Shown here: positions 30,604 through 41,083 of the stretch, in pieces
Layout of the letters: every line of letters begins with the position of its first letter
Numbering within the stretch: the first letter of the stretch is position 1
NCBI GenBank assembly: GCA_963662265.2
Contig: CAXXHA010000003.1
Coordinates: 32,001 to 96,000 of the forward strand
DNA from: Spirochaetia bacterium
Lineage (GTDB): Bacteria > Spirochaetota > Spirochaetia > CADAEX01
Direction: 5' to 3'
Length of the DNA stretch: 64,000 bases
The notes under the pieces: generated by a model
What the model saw: only the letters and a program-made list of their open reading frames with translations
Databases searched by the model: none
What the model was told of the DNA's origin: nothing
Made by a program: the position numbers and the translations under genes

Positions 30604-31485
30604 ATGCAGATTGAAAAGCTGCCTGAAGCAGTACAGGCACATCTTTTGCATTTAATCAGGAGTTCTGCCCTCCCTGATACTCCGGAATTCCGCTCCCGTC
30701 TTGCCGGAATCTGGAACAGGAAATGCACCTTGTTTGAACAGCAGATAAATTATCTTGAAATGGAGCTTGTTGATAAAGTTGATACAAACGAATCAATGGC
30801 AATGATAATTCTCACATACTCAGGTTCTATAATAAGTATAGGCCCTCTTAAGGAAACCAGGGATGTTGAATATGCGAGTATACACTTGAGGGCGGATGTT
30901 CCGAAATCAGTTGTCGTGACTGAGACAAATATCGACGGAGAGCTTCTCCGCGACAAGCCGGTATGTTTTAAAACAGGCGCAATAAAGAAGACTTCTCCCG
31001 CCTTTATGATAGCTGTTTGCGACAGTAATCTTGATCCCTCTGTTCAGTCTGAAAGAATCAGGGAAGCAATGATTTATCTTACAAACGGATTTCTCAAGAT
31101 AAACCAGTCGATACATATTGACCGTAAGAGTGTGCCTGATCATTTTACCGCGAAATCAATGGCAAGATATATTGCGAAAAGACATGACCTGACAGGTGCT
31201 GCTGTGCAGAATATTCTGGAAGATTTTTACTATCTTATTGAAACAGGAATGCTTCTCGGGGAAACTGTTCCGCTCGGCAAAATAGGACGGCTCTCGCTGA
31301 AGAAGAAAGAGGCCCAGAAAGCCAGAATAATAAGGCACCCTGAAACAGGAGAGGAGATTACTGTCAGGTCTAAGCCTTCAATGTATGTTCCCAGGATATC
31401 GTTCAGCAGCCATATAAAAGATAAGGCAGCTTCCCTTCCTGATGACAGCAATTCAATAATCAGGATGGACTATGATGATGAATGA
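30604..31485 (+). CDS. Domain X fused to a C-terminal HU/IHF-like DNA-binding domain
   Basis: AGGAG RBS; C-terminus TAKSMARYIAK...GETVPLGKIGRL...ARIIRHPETGEEITV...PRISFS matches the HU/IHF fold. Confidence 0.88.
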   Translation: MQIEKLPEAVQAHLLHLIRSSALPDTPEFRSRLAGIWNRKCTLFEQQINYLEMELVDKVDTNESMAMIILTYSGSIISIGPLKETRDVEYASIHLRADVPKSVVVTETNIDGELLRDKPVCFKTGAIKKTSPAFMIAVCDSNLDPSVQSERIREAMIYLTNGFLKINQSIHIDRKSVPDHFTAKSMARYIAKRHDLTGAAVQNILEDFYYLIETGMLLGETVPLGKIGRLSLKKKEAQKARIIRHPETGEEITVRSKPSMYVPRISFSSHIKDKAASLPDDSNSIIRMDYDDE

Positions 31486-31782
31486 AAATTCAGATCTTAT
31501 GCTTTTTTTGTGGAAATAAATTATACACATGCTTGATGTAAATCTGAATTCTGTTCAATTTATTTGCATGACAGATTTAATGCCCTGCGGGCACTTTGCA
31601 CCCTGCTGTGTGTTTTATCGCATTCTGTATGAATTAGATGGTATTAAAACTGCTATAAAATTATTTCATCGCAGACCAGTTTAACCAGCTGCCTTCAGCA
31701 GTTGTGTTGATCTGCGATGAATGGAATTCATATTACATCCTGCAGCATGTAAACATATTTATCAGGTGCTGAAAACAGATAA

Positions 31783-32301
31783 TTAAATAAACTCTGCAAT
31801 TTCATCAAGCTGCTTTCTCTTTTTGTCACTTTTCTTTACAAATCCTTTCGGTGTGTATCCGAGAGGTGTTATCACGAAAACCGTTTCCCCCTCTTCGAGT
31901 TCAAGCACTTTTTTAAGAATATCAGGATCGAATGCTGCAATCCAGCATGTCCCTATCTCCTCGTTTTCCGCGGCAAGAATCATATGGTCCATGGCTATTG
32001 TAAGATCTGTTTCAAGCGAATTGTAATTATCATACCCTCTTGACCATGCCTCTGATCTCCTCCCTTTTACTATCAGTATGTGGGGTGCATCGTGAAACCA
32101 CTCCCTGCTGTAGCATTGTCGCACCTTTGAAAGCATTTCTTCTGATGATACCACGACAAATTTCCACGGCTGCCTGTTTGCTGCCGATGGAGCTATTCTG
32201 CCGGCCTCAAGTATTTTCCTGATAATCTCTTCAGGTATTTTTCTCTCAGGATCATAACTCCTTATGCTTTCCCTTTCAGATATGACTTTGTAAAAATCCA
32301 T
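31783..32301 (-). CDS. Nitroreductase family protein
   Basis: RESIRSY, APSAANRQPWKF, LAAENEEIGTCWI. Confidence 0.93.
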   Translation of the reverse strand: MDFYKVISERESIRSYDPERKIPEEIIRKILEAGRIAPSAANRQPWKFVVVSSEEMLSKVRQCYSREWFHDAPHILIVKGRRSEAWSRGYDNYNSLETDLTIAMDHMILAAENEEIGTCWIAAFDPDILKKVLELEEGETVFVITPLGYTPKGFVKKSDKKRKQLDEIAEFI

Positions 32302-32742
32302 TATTTATCTCCTTTTTTCTATTGATATTATTATTTCAGAAGTCTAAAATTTTTTCCTCAGATGTTGCCCTCAAGGCACCTGTCCCCAAAGGGGGAATCT
32401 ATAAGAAAAAACTATGTTTTTAGTATACAACAAATTATTATTACACAAGAGGCTATAGTCTATATTAGAATAAAATGATGCAAAATTAAAAACATAGTTT
32501 TTAGAGATCCTCTTATATATTCCTGGACGCTTAAATGTGTGAAAAAAAATAAAAATGCATCCTGAGAAGCGAAATCCTGCATATGTAAACACATGCTTTT
32601 ATAATTATACGTTATTTTGCATAAATATACTAATTTATTGCAATGTAATGAATTATTCTGCATAAATGCTATTTTTCTTTGCAATTTATCCTTATTCCCA
32701 ATATAATGAAGTATTGCACATTTTTAAAAAGGAGAATTTCAG

Positions 32743-34320
32743 ATGAAAAGAATTGCTTTACTGCTTATTGTACTTATTGCAGTAACAGGCATGTTTATGT
32801 CCTGTTCGAAAAAAGCAGCCGAAAAAGAAGAAGTTGAATTTTTAGTATGGAACCAGTCTGAACCGCAGAGTCTTGACTGGCACCAGATCGAAGGTGTTCC
32901 TGAACACAGGATCTACTATTCACTTGGTGAAGGACTTGTATCATCAAATCCTGAAACAGCAGAACCGGTACCCGGAGTTGCGGAAAGCTGGGATGTTGAT
33001 GACACAGGACTTGTTTATACATTTCACTTAAGAAAAACTACATGGAGCGATGGTGAGCCTATAACAGCAAAGACATTTGTTGATTCATGGTTAAGAGTCC
33101 TCAATCCTGAAACTGCTGCACCTTATGCATGGTTTCCTGCTGATGTAATTGCAGGAGCTGCAGAATACAACAGCGGAGAAGCAGGACCTGAAGCTGTTAA
33201 AATCAGAGCTCTTGATGACTATACATTTCAGGTAGAACTTGTAGGTGCTATGCCTGCAATAGTAAGTGCATTCTCTCACTATGCATTTGCAATAGTTCCT
33301 ATTCATGCTATTGAAAAGAACCCTGACAGCTGGACACAGCCTGAAAACTATGTTGGAAACGGACCTTTTGTACTTGAAGCATGGGAACCACAGGAAAAAC
33401 TTTCTGTAGTTAAAAATGACAAGTACTGGGACAAGGAAAATGTAAAACTCGACAGAGTTCTTTATATTCCTACAGATGATGACAATGTCGGATTCAACAT
33501 GTATCTCAACAACGAAGTTGACTGGGCTCCTGAAGTACCACTTGCTCAGCTTGAATCAGTTGTACTCAGAGATGACTATGTTGTAGCTCCATACCTTGGT
33601 GTTTACTACTATATTTTTCAGATGGAAAAAGAACCTCTTACAGATGTAAGGGTAAGAAAAGCTCTTTCAATGGGTCTCGATAGAGATACTCTTGTCAAGA
33701 AAGTAACAGGCGCAGGCGAAACAGCTGCTTACAGCATGGTTCCCCCAATGGCTGGTTATACCCCAACTTCCGGTGTAAAGGGATCTATCGAAGATGCCAA
33801 AAAACTTCTTGCTGAAGCAGGATTCCCGGGCGGAAAAGGTTTTCCTGAAATTGAAATTCTCTATAACACAAGCGACAGACATCTGAAGATTGCAGAGTTT
33901 GTACAGGAACAGTGGGAAAAGAACCTTGGAATTAAATGTACCCTTATAAATCAGGAATGGAAAACATACCTTGATACAAGAAAACAGGGTGAATTCATGG
34001 TTTCAAGAGCAGGCTGGATTGCTGACTATCCGGATCCAAGTTCTTTCCTTGAAATGTTCGGATCAGGCAAAGCTATGAACGGCGGAAAATATTCAAATAA
34101 AGTATTTGATGAAAACATGGAAGCTGCCGCAAGAATGGCTCCCGGACCTGAAAGATTTGCAAAACTCAGAAAAGCTGAAGATGTATTTATCACTGAAGAT
34201 CATGGTGTAATGCCAATTTACCATTATGTTTCTCAGAGCATGATTGATACAAATGTATGGGGCGGATGGTATCCCAATGCAATGGACTGGCATCCTACAA
34301 AATATATCTACAAAAAGTAG
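32743..34320 (+). CDS. oppA: Oligopeptide ABC transporter substrate-binding lipoprotein
   Basis: Lipobox FMSC; EPQSLD, PGVAESW, YTFHLR, NGPFVL, GWIADYPDP. Confidence 0.95.
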   Translation: MKRIALLLIVLIAVTGMFMSCSKKAAEKEEVEFLVWNQSEPQSLDWHQIEGVPEHRIYYSLGEGLVSSNPETAEPVPGVAESWDVDDTGLVYTFHLRKTTWSDGEPITAKTFVDSWLRVLNPETAAPYAWFPADVIAGAAEYNSGEAGPEAVKIRALDDYTFQVELVGAMPAIVSAFSHYAFAIVPIHAIEKNPDSWTQPENYVGNGPFVLEAWEPQEKLSVVKNDKYWDKENVKLDRVLYIPTDDDNVGFNMYLNNEVDWAPEVPLAQLESVVLRDDYVVAPYLGVYYYIFQMEKEPLTDVRVRKALSMGLDRDTLVKKVTGAGETAAYSMVPPMAGYTPTSGVKGSIEDAKKLLAEAGFPGGKGFPEIEILYNTSDRHLKIAEFVQEQWEKNLGIKCTLINQEWKTYLDTRKQGEFMVSRAGWIADYPDPSSFLEMFGSGKAMNGGKYSNKVFDENMEAAARMAPGPERFAKLRKAEDVFITEDHGVMPIYHYVSQSMIDTNVWGGWYPNAMDWHPTKYIYKK

Positions 34321-34415
34321 AGCCCTGTAGAGTTAATCAATAAATAAATACAGGGGAGGCAGTTTTAATCAGATTGTTGATACTGTCTCCCTGTGTTTTC
34401 TTTAAGAGGAATATA

Positions 34416-35345
34416 ATGACACGATATATCATAAGAAGATTTATTGGATTGTTTCCAACACTCCTTATCATTATAACAATATCATTTTTTATAATAAGAA
34501 TAGCCCCGGGCGGACCTTTCGATGCAGAAAAAGCATTACCAAAACAGATAATGGAAAATATTGAGAAAAAGTATCATCTCGACGAACCGCTTATAAAACA
34601 GTATGCCAGATATATGATAAGTGTGATGAGGGGAGATCTTGGTCCTTCCTACAGGTACAAAGACCAGGATGTTAATTATTATATCGGAAAAAGTTTGCCA
34701 AATTCCCTGGTTCTGGGATCAATAGCAATGACACTGTCTCTGATTATGGGTATAACGGCCGGAATGATTTCTGCACTCAGGCAGAATACATGGGTTGATT
34801 ACCTTGTCATGTCGATTGCTGTTATAGGAATAACCATTCCGCTTTTTGTAATAGGCCCTGTCCTTGTTTATATTTTTGCGATGAAACTTGGATGGCTACC
34901 GACGTCAGGGTGGATTACAGGAAGATTCGGATGGGTTACAATTATTATGCCGGTTATTACTTTGTCTGCTGACAAATTTGCATATATTGCAAGGCTTTCA
35001 AGAGCAAGTATTCTTGAAATCCTCAGAAGTGATTATATCAGAACTGCAAAGGCCAAAGGGCTTAAAACATCAACAATTCTTGTTAAGCATGTCCTTAAAG
35101 GGGGGCTTCTCCCTGTGGTAAGTTATCTGGGGCCTGCTTTTTCTTCAGTACTCACAGGATCAATTGTTGTTGAGACTGTATTCCGTGTACCGGGACTTGG
35201 TAAGTTTTTTGTACAGTCAGCCCTTAACAGGGATTATACACTAATACTCGGTACAGTTATCGTATATTCAGTAATACTCATAATCATGAATTTTATTGTA
35301 GATATTATTTATGCGTATCTGGATCCGAGAATTTCATATAAATAG
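34416..35345 (+). CDS. oppB: Oligopeptide ABC transporter permease
   Basis: APGGPFD, GDLGPS, DYIRTAKAKGL, DPRI. Confidence 0.95.
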   Translation: MTRYIIRRFIGLFPTLLIIITISFFIIRIAPGGPFDAEKALPKQIMENIEKKYHLDEPLIKQYARYMISVMRGDLGPSYRYKDQDVNYYIGKSLPNSLVLGSIAMTLSLIMGITAGMISALRQNTWVDYLVMSIAVIGITIPLFVIGPVLVYIFAMKLGWLPTSGWITGRFGWVTIIMPVITLSADKFAYIARLSRASILEILRSDYIRTAKAKGLKTSTILVKHVLKGGLLPVVSYLGPAFSSVLTGSIVVETVFRVPGLGKFFVQSALNRDYTLILGTVIVYSVILIIMNFIVDIIYAYLDPRISYK

Positions 35346-35354
35346 GAATTAATT

Positions 35355-36438
35355 ATGTCTGCTGAAGAAAATAATAAAACAGCTTTGAATGAATTTGACC
35401 AGCCTGTGAAAGGGGTGAGCCTCTGGAACGATGCATGGAGAAGACTAAAGAAAAACAAGATGGCAATGTTCGGAATGTATGTTGTTATTTTTTATATTCT
35501 TATTTCTCTTTTTGCACCTGTTCTTCCTATATATTCATTCAAACACCAGATTATAGATCATCAGTTTCTCCCCCCCTTCATTAACCAAAAATGCGGGGCA
35601 GCTCTATTATGAGAGGACAGAGAAACAGATGAAGGCTCTTGCAAACAAGCAGAACAGGAAACTGAATGAAGAGGAGCTTGCAGAGCTTGAAGCGATCAAA
35701 GTCCAGATTGCTACTGAAACTGAGATTATAGATGGCAAAGAGGTCAAGATCCATGAGAGAAGGTATCTTTTCGGTACTGATTACCTGGGAAGAGACCTTC
35801 TTGCACGAGTCATATACGGAGGTCAGATTTCGATTGCTATCGGTTTTATCGGTACAATCACTTCTGTTCTGATCGGTATTGTTCTTGGCTCGATTGCCGG
35901 GTATGTAGGCGGGAAGGTTGATTATATAATAATGAGAATTGTCGATGTAATTTACGGGCTTCCATACATGATGCTTGTAATTATTTTTATGGCTATTTTC
36001 GGGAAAAATATTTTAAACCTCTTTCTTGCTCTTGCTATAGTAAGCTGGCTTACTGTTGCCCGTGTTGTAAGGGGACAGATAATGTCTCTCAAGAATTCCG
36101 AATTTGTGGAAGCTGCAAAGTGCGGAGGTGCGGGAACAATGCGGATTATATTCAAGCACCTGCTTCCAAATACACTTGGTGTAATTATAGTTTTTTCCAC
36201 TTTGAGAATACCTACATTTATCATGCTTGAAGCATTTCTTTCTTTTCTGGGGCTCGGTATATCTGCTCCCCTTGCTTCCTGGGGTTCTCTTGTAGGACAG
36301 GCTGTTGACGGGATGAATCTCTATCCGTGGAGACTCTTTTTCCCTGCTGCGGCAATGACTCTTTTTCTTTTCGGGATGAACTTTCTGGGCGATGGACTCC
36401 GGGATGCGTTTGATCCGCAGGGAAAAAACAGATTCTAA
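35355..36438 (+). CDS. oppC: Oligopeptide ABC transporter permease (frameshift at the C-run near 35575)
   Basis: SLWNDAWRRLKKNKMA, FGTDYLGRD, EAFLSFLGLG, GDGLRDAFDP. Confidence 0.93.
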
Positions 36439-36454
36439 AGGAGCTTTTACATAG

Positions 36455-37456
36455 ATGAGTGATAATAGAGAAACAATACTTAGTGTTAGAAATCTAAAGA
36501 CACACTTCAAAACAGATGACGGAATTGTAAAAGCGGTTGACGGTGTCAGTTTTGAACTGAAAAAAGGGGAGACTCTCGGAGTTGTAGGAGAGTCCGGAAG
36601 TGGTAAATCTGTAACAAATCTTTCAATTATGAAGCTTATACCATCTCCTCCAGGAAAAATTGTTGATGGTGAAGTTCTTTTCAACGGTGAAGATATACTG
36701 AAACTTGATGAATCTGGTATCAGAAATATCAGGGGAAACAGGATTTCTATGATATTTCAGGATCCGATGACAAGTCTGAACCCTTTCCTGAGAATATCAA
36801 CCCAGCTGGTTGAAACAATTATACTTCATCAGAAAGTCGATAAAACGGAAGCCCGGAAAAAAGCAATTGAAATGCTTGAACTTGTAGGTATTCCTGCGCC
36901 TGAAAAGCGTATTGACGCGTATCCGCACCAGTTTTCGGGCGGTATGAGACAGAGAGTTATGATTGCAATGGCATTAAGCTGTAACCCGGAACTTCTGATT
37001 GCAGATGAGCCGACAACAGCTCTTGATGTTACAATCCAGGCCCAGATTCTTGAGCTGATGAAAGAGCTTTCAGATAAACTCGGGACTGCAACAATTCTGA
37101 TAACACATGACCTCGGGGTTGTTGCCGGAATGTGTGAAAATATCTGTGTAATGTATGCCGGAAGGGTAGTTGAAAAAGCAGATACTGACACGCTTTTTGC
37201 AAATCCCAAGCATCCATACACGATAGGGCTTATTAACTCTGTTCCCCGTCTTGATTTGGAGACCAGTGACCGGCTTTATTCGATTAAAGGCCAGCCGCCT
37301 AATCTTGTTGATATGCCGGAATGCTGTCCTTTCCATCCCAGGTGTGACAAGGCAATGGATATCTGCCGAAATAAATATCCCGAAACAATAAAAACAGATG
37401 ATCATACCGAAGTAAGCTGCTGGCTTTACAGAAAGGAGGGGAATGATGGAGAATAA
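36455..37456 (+). CDS. oppD: Oligopeptide ABC transporter ATP-binding protein
   Basis: GESGSGKS, YPHQFSGGMRQR, HPYT, C-terminal Cys cluster. Confidence 0.95.
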   Translation: MSDNRETILSVRNLKTHFKTDDGIVKAVDGVSFELKKGETLGVVGESGSGKSVTNLSIMKLIPSPPGKIVDGEVLFNGEDILKLDESGIRNIRGNRISMIFQDPMTSLNPFLRISTQLVETIILHQKVDKTEARKKAIEMLELVGIPAPEKRIDAYPHQFSGGMRQRVMIAMALSCNPELLIADEPTTALDVTIQAQILELMKELSDKLGTATILITHDLGVVAGMCENICVMYAGRVVEKADTDTLFANPKHPYTIGLINSVPRLDLETSDRLYSIKGQPPNLVDMPECCPFHPRCDKAMDICRNKYPETIKTDDHTEVSCWLYRKEGNDGE

Positions 37457-38441
37457 AACACTGCTTGAAGTAAAAGATCTCAAGCTTCATTTCCCCATAG
37501 AAGAGGGACTTCTCTTCAAGAAACAGGTGGGAGCGATCCGGGCTGTAGACGGTATTGATTTTGCAGTACGTGAAGGGGAAACACTTGGTCTTGTAGGGGA
37601 GTCAGGATGTGGTAAATCCACTACTGCGCGGGCAATTGCACAGCTTTACAAGGCAACATCCGGAGAAATAATATTCAATAACAAGAATCTTAATAATCTT
37701 TCCAGCCGGGAGCTTCTTGAAGAACGGAAAAACATCCAGATGGTATTTCAGGATCCATATGCGTCCCTGAACCCGAGAATGACTGTAGGTGAAATAATAT
37801 CTGAACCTCTTAAAGTCTATAAGAGCAGAGGGCTTATGGATATTACAAAAGAGGAAATTACCGACAGAATCGAGAATCTGATGGAGATCGTAGGCCTTTC
37901 GCACCTTTTTAAAAACAGGTATCCCCATGAATTTTCAGGGGGACAGAGACAGAGGATCGGAATTGCAAGGGCTCTTGCATTAAATCCGAAACTGATACTT
38001 GCCGATGAGCCTGTGAGTGCGCTTGACGTATCGATACAGTCGCAGATTCTGAATCTTTTTACAGATCTTCAGGAAAAATTCAACCTGACATATCTTTTTA
38101 TTGCGCATGACCTTGCTGTAATTGAATATATCAGTACAAGGGTTGCAGTTATGTATCTTGGTAGAATTATGGAGATTTCTGATTCAAAGAAGCTTTATAA
38201 AAAGCCTCTCCATCCATATACCGAGGCGCTATTATCTGCAGCTCCGATTCCTGATCCTGTTGTAGAGAGAAAACGGAAAAGGGTTGTTCTTTCAGGCGAT
38301 GTACCGTCTCCTGACAAGGAAAGACACTGCTGTTATTTCTATGACAGATGTCCGAAAAGAATGCCGAAATGTGCGGAAAGTGTTCCTGTCCTTAAGGAAG
38401 TGGAAAAAGACCATCAGGTCGCATGCTTTCTGTATGACTGA
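37443..38441 (+). CDS. oppF: Oligopeptide ABC transporter ATP-binding protein
   Basis: GESGCGKST, YPHEFSGGQRQR, DEPVSALD. Confidence 0.95.
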   Translation: MMENKTLLEVKDLKLHFPIEEGLLFKKQVGAIRAVDGIDFAVREGETLGLVGESGCGKSTTARAIAQLYKATSGEIIFNNKNLNNLSSRELLEERKNIQMVFQDPYASLNPRMTVGEIISEPLKVYKSRGLMDITKEEITDRIENLMEIVGLSHLFKNRYPHEFSGGQRQRIGIARALALNPKLILADEPVSALDVSIQSQILNLFTDLQEKFNLTYLFIAHDLAVIEYISTRVAVMYLGRIMEISDSKKLYKKPLHPYTEALLSAAPIPDPVVERKRKRVVLSGDVPSPDKERHCCYFYDRCPKRMPKCAESVPVLKEVEKDHQVACFLYD

Positions 38442-38485
38442 GAACAGCTTTTGCAGTAAGGCAAGCTGATTGCTGTAATAAATAT

Positions 38486-38520
38486 AAAGGCCGCCCGGTA
38501 AATAACCGGGTGGCCTTTTT
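38486..38520. terminator. Intrinsic terminator after oppF
   Basis: AAAGGCCGCCCGGT-AAATA-ACCGGGTGGCCTTTTT. Confidence 0.88.
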
Positions 38521-38639
38521 GTTCGGCCATCTAATGACCTGATCAAGTATCTCTGTTTTTGTGTGCTGACTGCTGATTATCTTTTTAAGATTGAAAATGA
38601 TAATAGAAAGAAAATCTGAATCAGCTGATAAGGAATAAT

Positions 38640-39149
38640 TTATTCCTTTACCGGAACACCGCAGAACCCGGCAATCAGTTCTGCATTTTTCATGAGTTTT
38701 TCCTTTTCCCTGAAATATACAAGTTCCATATCTTTTTCTGTTTCATTCCCGAAAACAAGAGTCATTTTCAAATACCGTGAGCTGCTTTTGTTTTTATTTC
38801 CCTTTCTGATTTCAGAAATCCTTATATGGTTTATATCAGATAAATCTGCTGTTTCTTTTGAATAATAAAAAATGAGACCAAGTCTTTTTTCAACTGTCTT
38901 TTTTTCAATATCAAAGACCCATTTTTCCTCATAGAGAGTAACAAAAACAGCCATTATGAAAAAAAGAAGCGGCAGGTAATCTGTTCCCCTTGCCCCTTCC
39001 TCAATGGGGAAATAAATCATTGAATAAAGTATGAACAGCGCGGAAAACAAAAAAACAAATCTCATCCACGGTGGAAGCCTGAGTTCCATTGTATTTTGTC
39101 CAGTCTGTTTCACCTGGAGAGCAATCTTAAACATATGAATATAATACAA
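38640..39149 (-). CDS. Hypothetical membrane protein (2 TM plus a soluble domain)
   Basis: 169-aa ORF with two hydrophobic segments. Confidence 0.7.
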   Translation of the reverse strand: MYYIHMFKIALQVKQTGQNTMELRLPPWMRFVFLFSALFILYSMIYFPIEEGARGTDYLPLLFFIMAVFVTLYEEKWVFDIEKKTVEKRLGLIFYYSKETADLSDINHIRISEIRKGNKNKSSSRYLKMTLVFGNETEKDMELVYFREKEKLMKNAELIAGFCGVPVKE

Positions 39150-39282
39150 TGCACCAGGTATTATGTCTTCTCCTTTTACAGAAAATAACTGTATTTTATG
39201 TCTGAGGTGTTAATAACATTTTTTCAATGATATGTATGTAAACAATATAAAATGAGGAATATGTATGTGAAAATGAATTATA

Positions 39283-41083
39283 ATGAATATTAATGCAGAT
39301 AAGATATCAAAATATGATGCATGGTTTTTAGAAATTTATAGGTTATGGAAAAAGTGCCGAAAATTAAAAAGTGAATTAATGTCTGCAAATTCAAGAGAAA
39401 GGTATATAATTTTGAATTTTTTCAGATATCTGAAAAAAATTATACTCGATGATTTCAAACTTGTAATACTGTATATTATCTTTGTTCTTTTTTTCTCTGT
39501 TTTTTATATTACATTTGAATGGTCTGAAGGGCTCAGAAAAATTGACAAATATCTTGATATGGCAGTCAGTACAGTGCCTCTTCTTCTTGAAGAGGATTTT
39601 CATGACAGGGCACTGGGGTCTGAAAGCATCAGCTTTGAAGAGGAGCTGAAAAACAGGAAAAAAATCAACAGTTTTGTTAAAACCATCAATCTTGAATGGG
39701 TTTATACACTTGTGAACTACAGGGGGAAATATTATTTTTCCGCTCCAACTGTAACTGACGAAGAGGCAGAGGAGATTGAACGGTGGTATTTTTATCCGTA
39801 TGATGATGTTCCCCGTTTTTTTCAACGATGCATATACTGAAGATAAAACTGTCTTTGTTACATACACAGATCAATGGGGGACCTACAGGTCTATTGTAAA
39901 ACCTATCCGATCTCCCGGTAATATTCTCTACCTTGTCTGTGCAGACATGGAGATATCAAAAGTAAGGGGAATTATTTTAAAACAGTTTGCAAATTCCCTT
40001 GTTATTTTCATTCTTTTCATTTTTCTTTCAAGCGCTGTTATTATCAGGCTCATCATGGACAGACGAAAGATCATAGCAATTAACCGGGAACTCCTGTTCC
40101 ACAAAAATAACCTTACTGAACTTGTTGATAACAAGACTTCCGATATCATAAAGATCAATGAGCAGCTTCTACATACCGAGCAGCAGCTTAAACTTACAAT
40201 AGCAGAGGGGGGAATGGGGATTCTGAAGTGGAATTCAGGTAATGATGTAATTTCAAAGGGAGATTCTGATTCATTTTTACAGGATGCCGGACTTCTGGAA
40301 TATTTCCCACTCACATTTAAAGAGCTTGTTGAAATATATATTCATCCTGATGATATTGATATTGTGAATGTCTTTCTGGATGATATGAAAATTCTGAAAA
40401 AGAATTCTGCACAGGTTGAATTCCGTCTGAAAAACAATGACGGAAACTGGATCTGGATAAGTTTTCTGGGGAAGCGGTTTGAATCGGAAACCCCTGATTC
40501 CTCTGAAATTGTATTTATCCTGTTTGAAATTATTGATGAAAGAAAAAAAAGAGAATTAATTCTTGAAAAGAAAGCTGTTCATGATTCTCTTACCGGAATA
40601 TATAACAGGGAATTTTATCTTGATTTCATTAATGCGCTTAATATAAATAAAAGGCTGAATGATTTTCCCCTGACTGTATGCTATATCGATATAAACGGAC
40701 TCAAGGAAGTCAACGATATGCTTGGCCATACAGAAGGTGATGAAATGCTTGTTGCATTCTGCAGTTTTGTTATTGAAAACCTCAGGAAAACAGACATATT
40801 CTGCAGAATAGGGGGGGACGAGTTTCTTATACTCTGCCCCGGTATTTCAAACACCGAGTTCAGGAATATCTGGTCTAGAATAATTGCAACAGCAGATATC
40901 TATAATTCAGAAAGTATAAAACCGTATCGCATATCATTCAGCCACGGTGTCATTGAATTGAGCCATGATGATATTTCCATGCCTGCAGAAAAGATAATTG
41001 CGCTTGCAGACGAGATGATGTATCTTGAAAAGAAGATACTTAAAAAGGAAAGCAGTTCAATAATCAGGAATAATGACAGATAA
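39283..41083 (+). CDS. Membrane sensor diguanylate cyclase (periplasmic sensor, PAS, GGDEF; frameshift near 39815)
   Basis: HDSLTGIYNR, DINGLK.VND..GH..GD, RKTD I-site, GGDEF; IHPDD PAS motif. Start uncertain. Confidence 0.9.

Noticed and set aside
31666-31721. Long hairpin TTCATCGCAGA...TCTGCGATGAA as an sRNA
   Set aside because: It lies between convergent genes and is adequately explained as a terminator-type stem.
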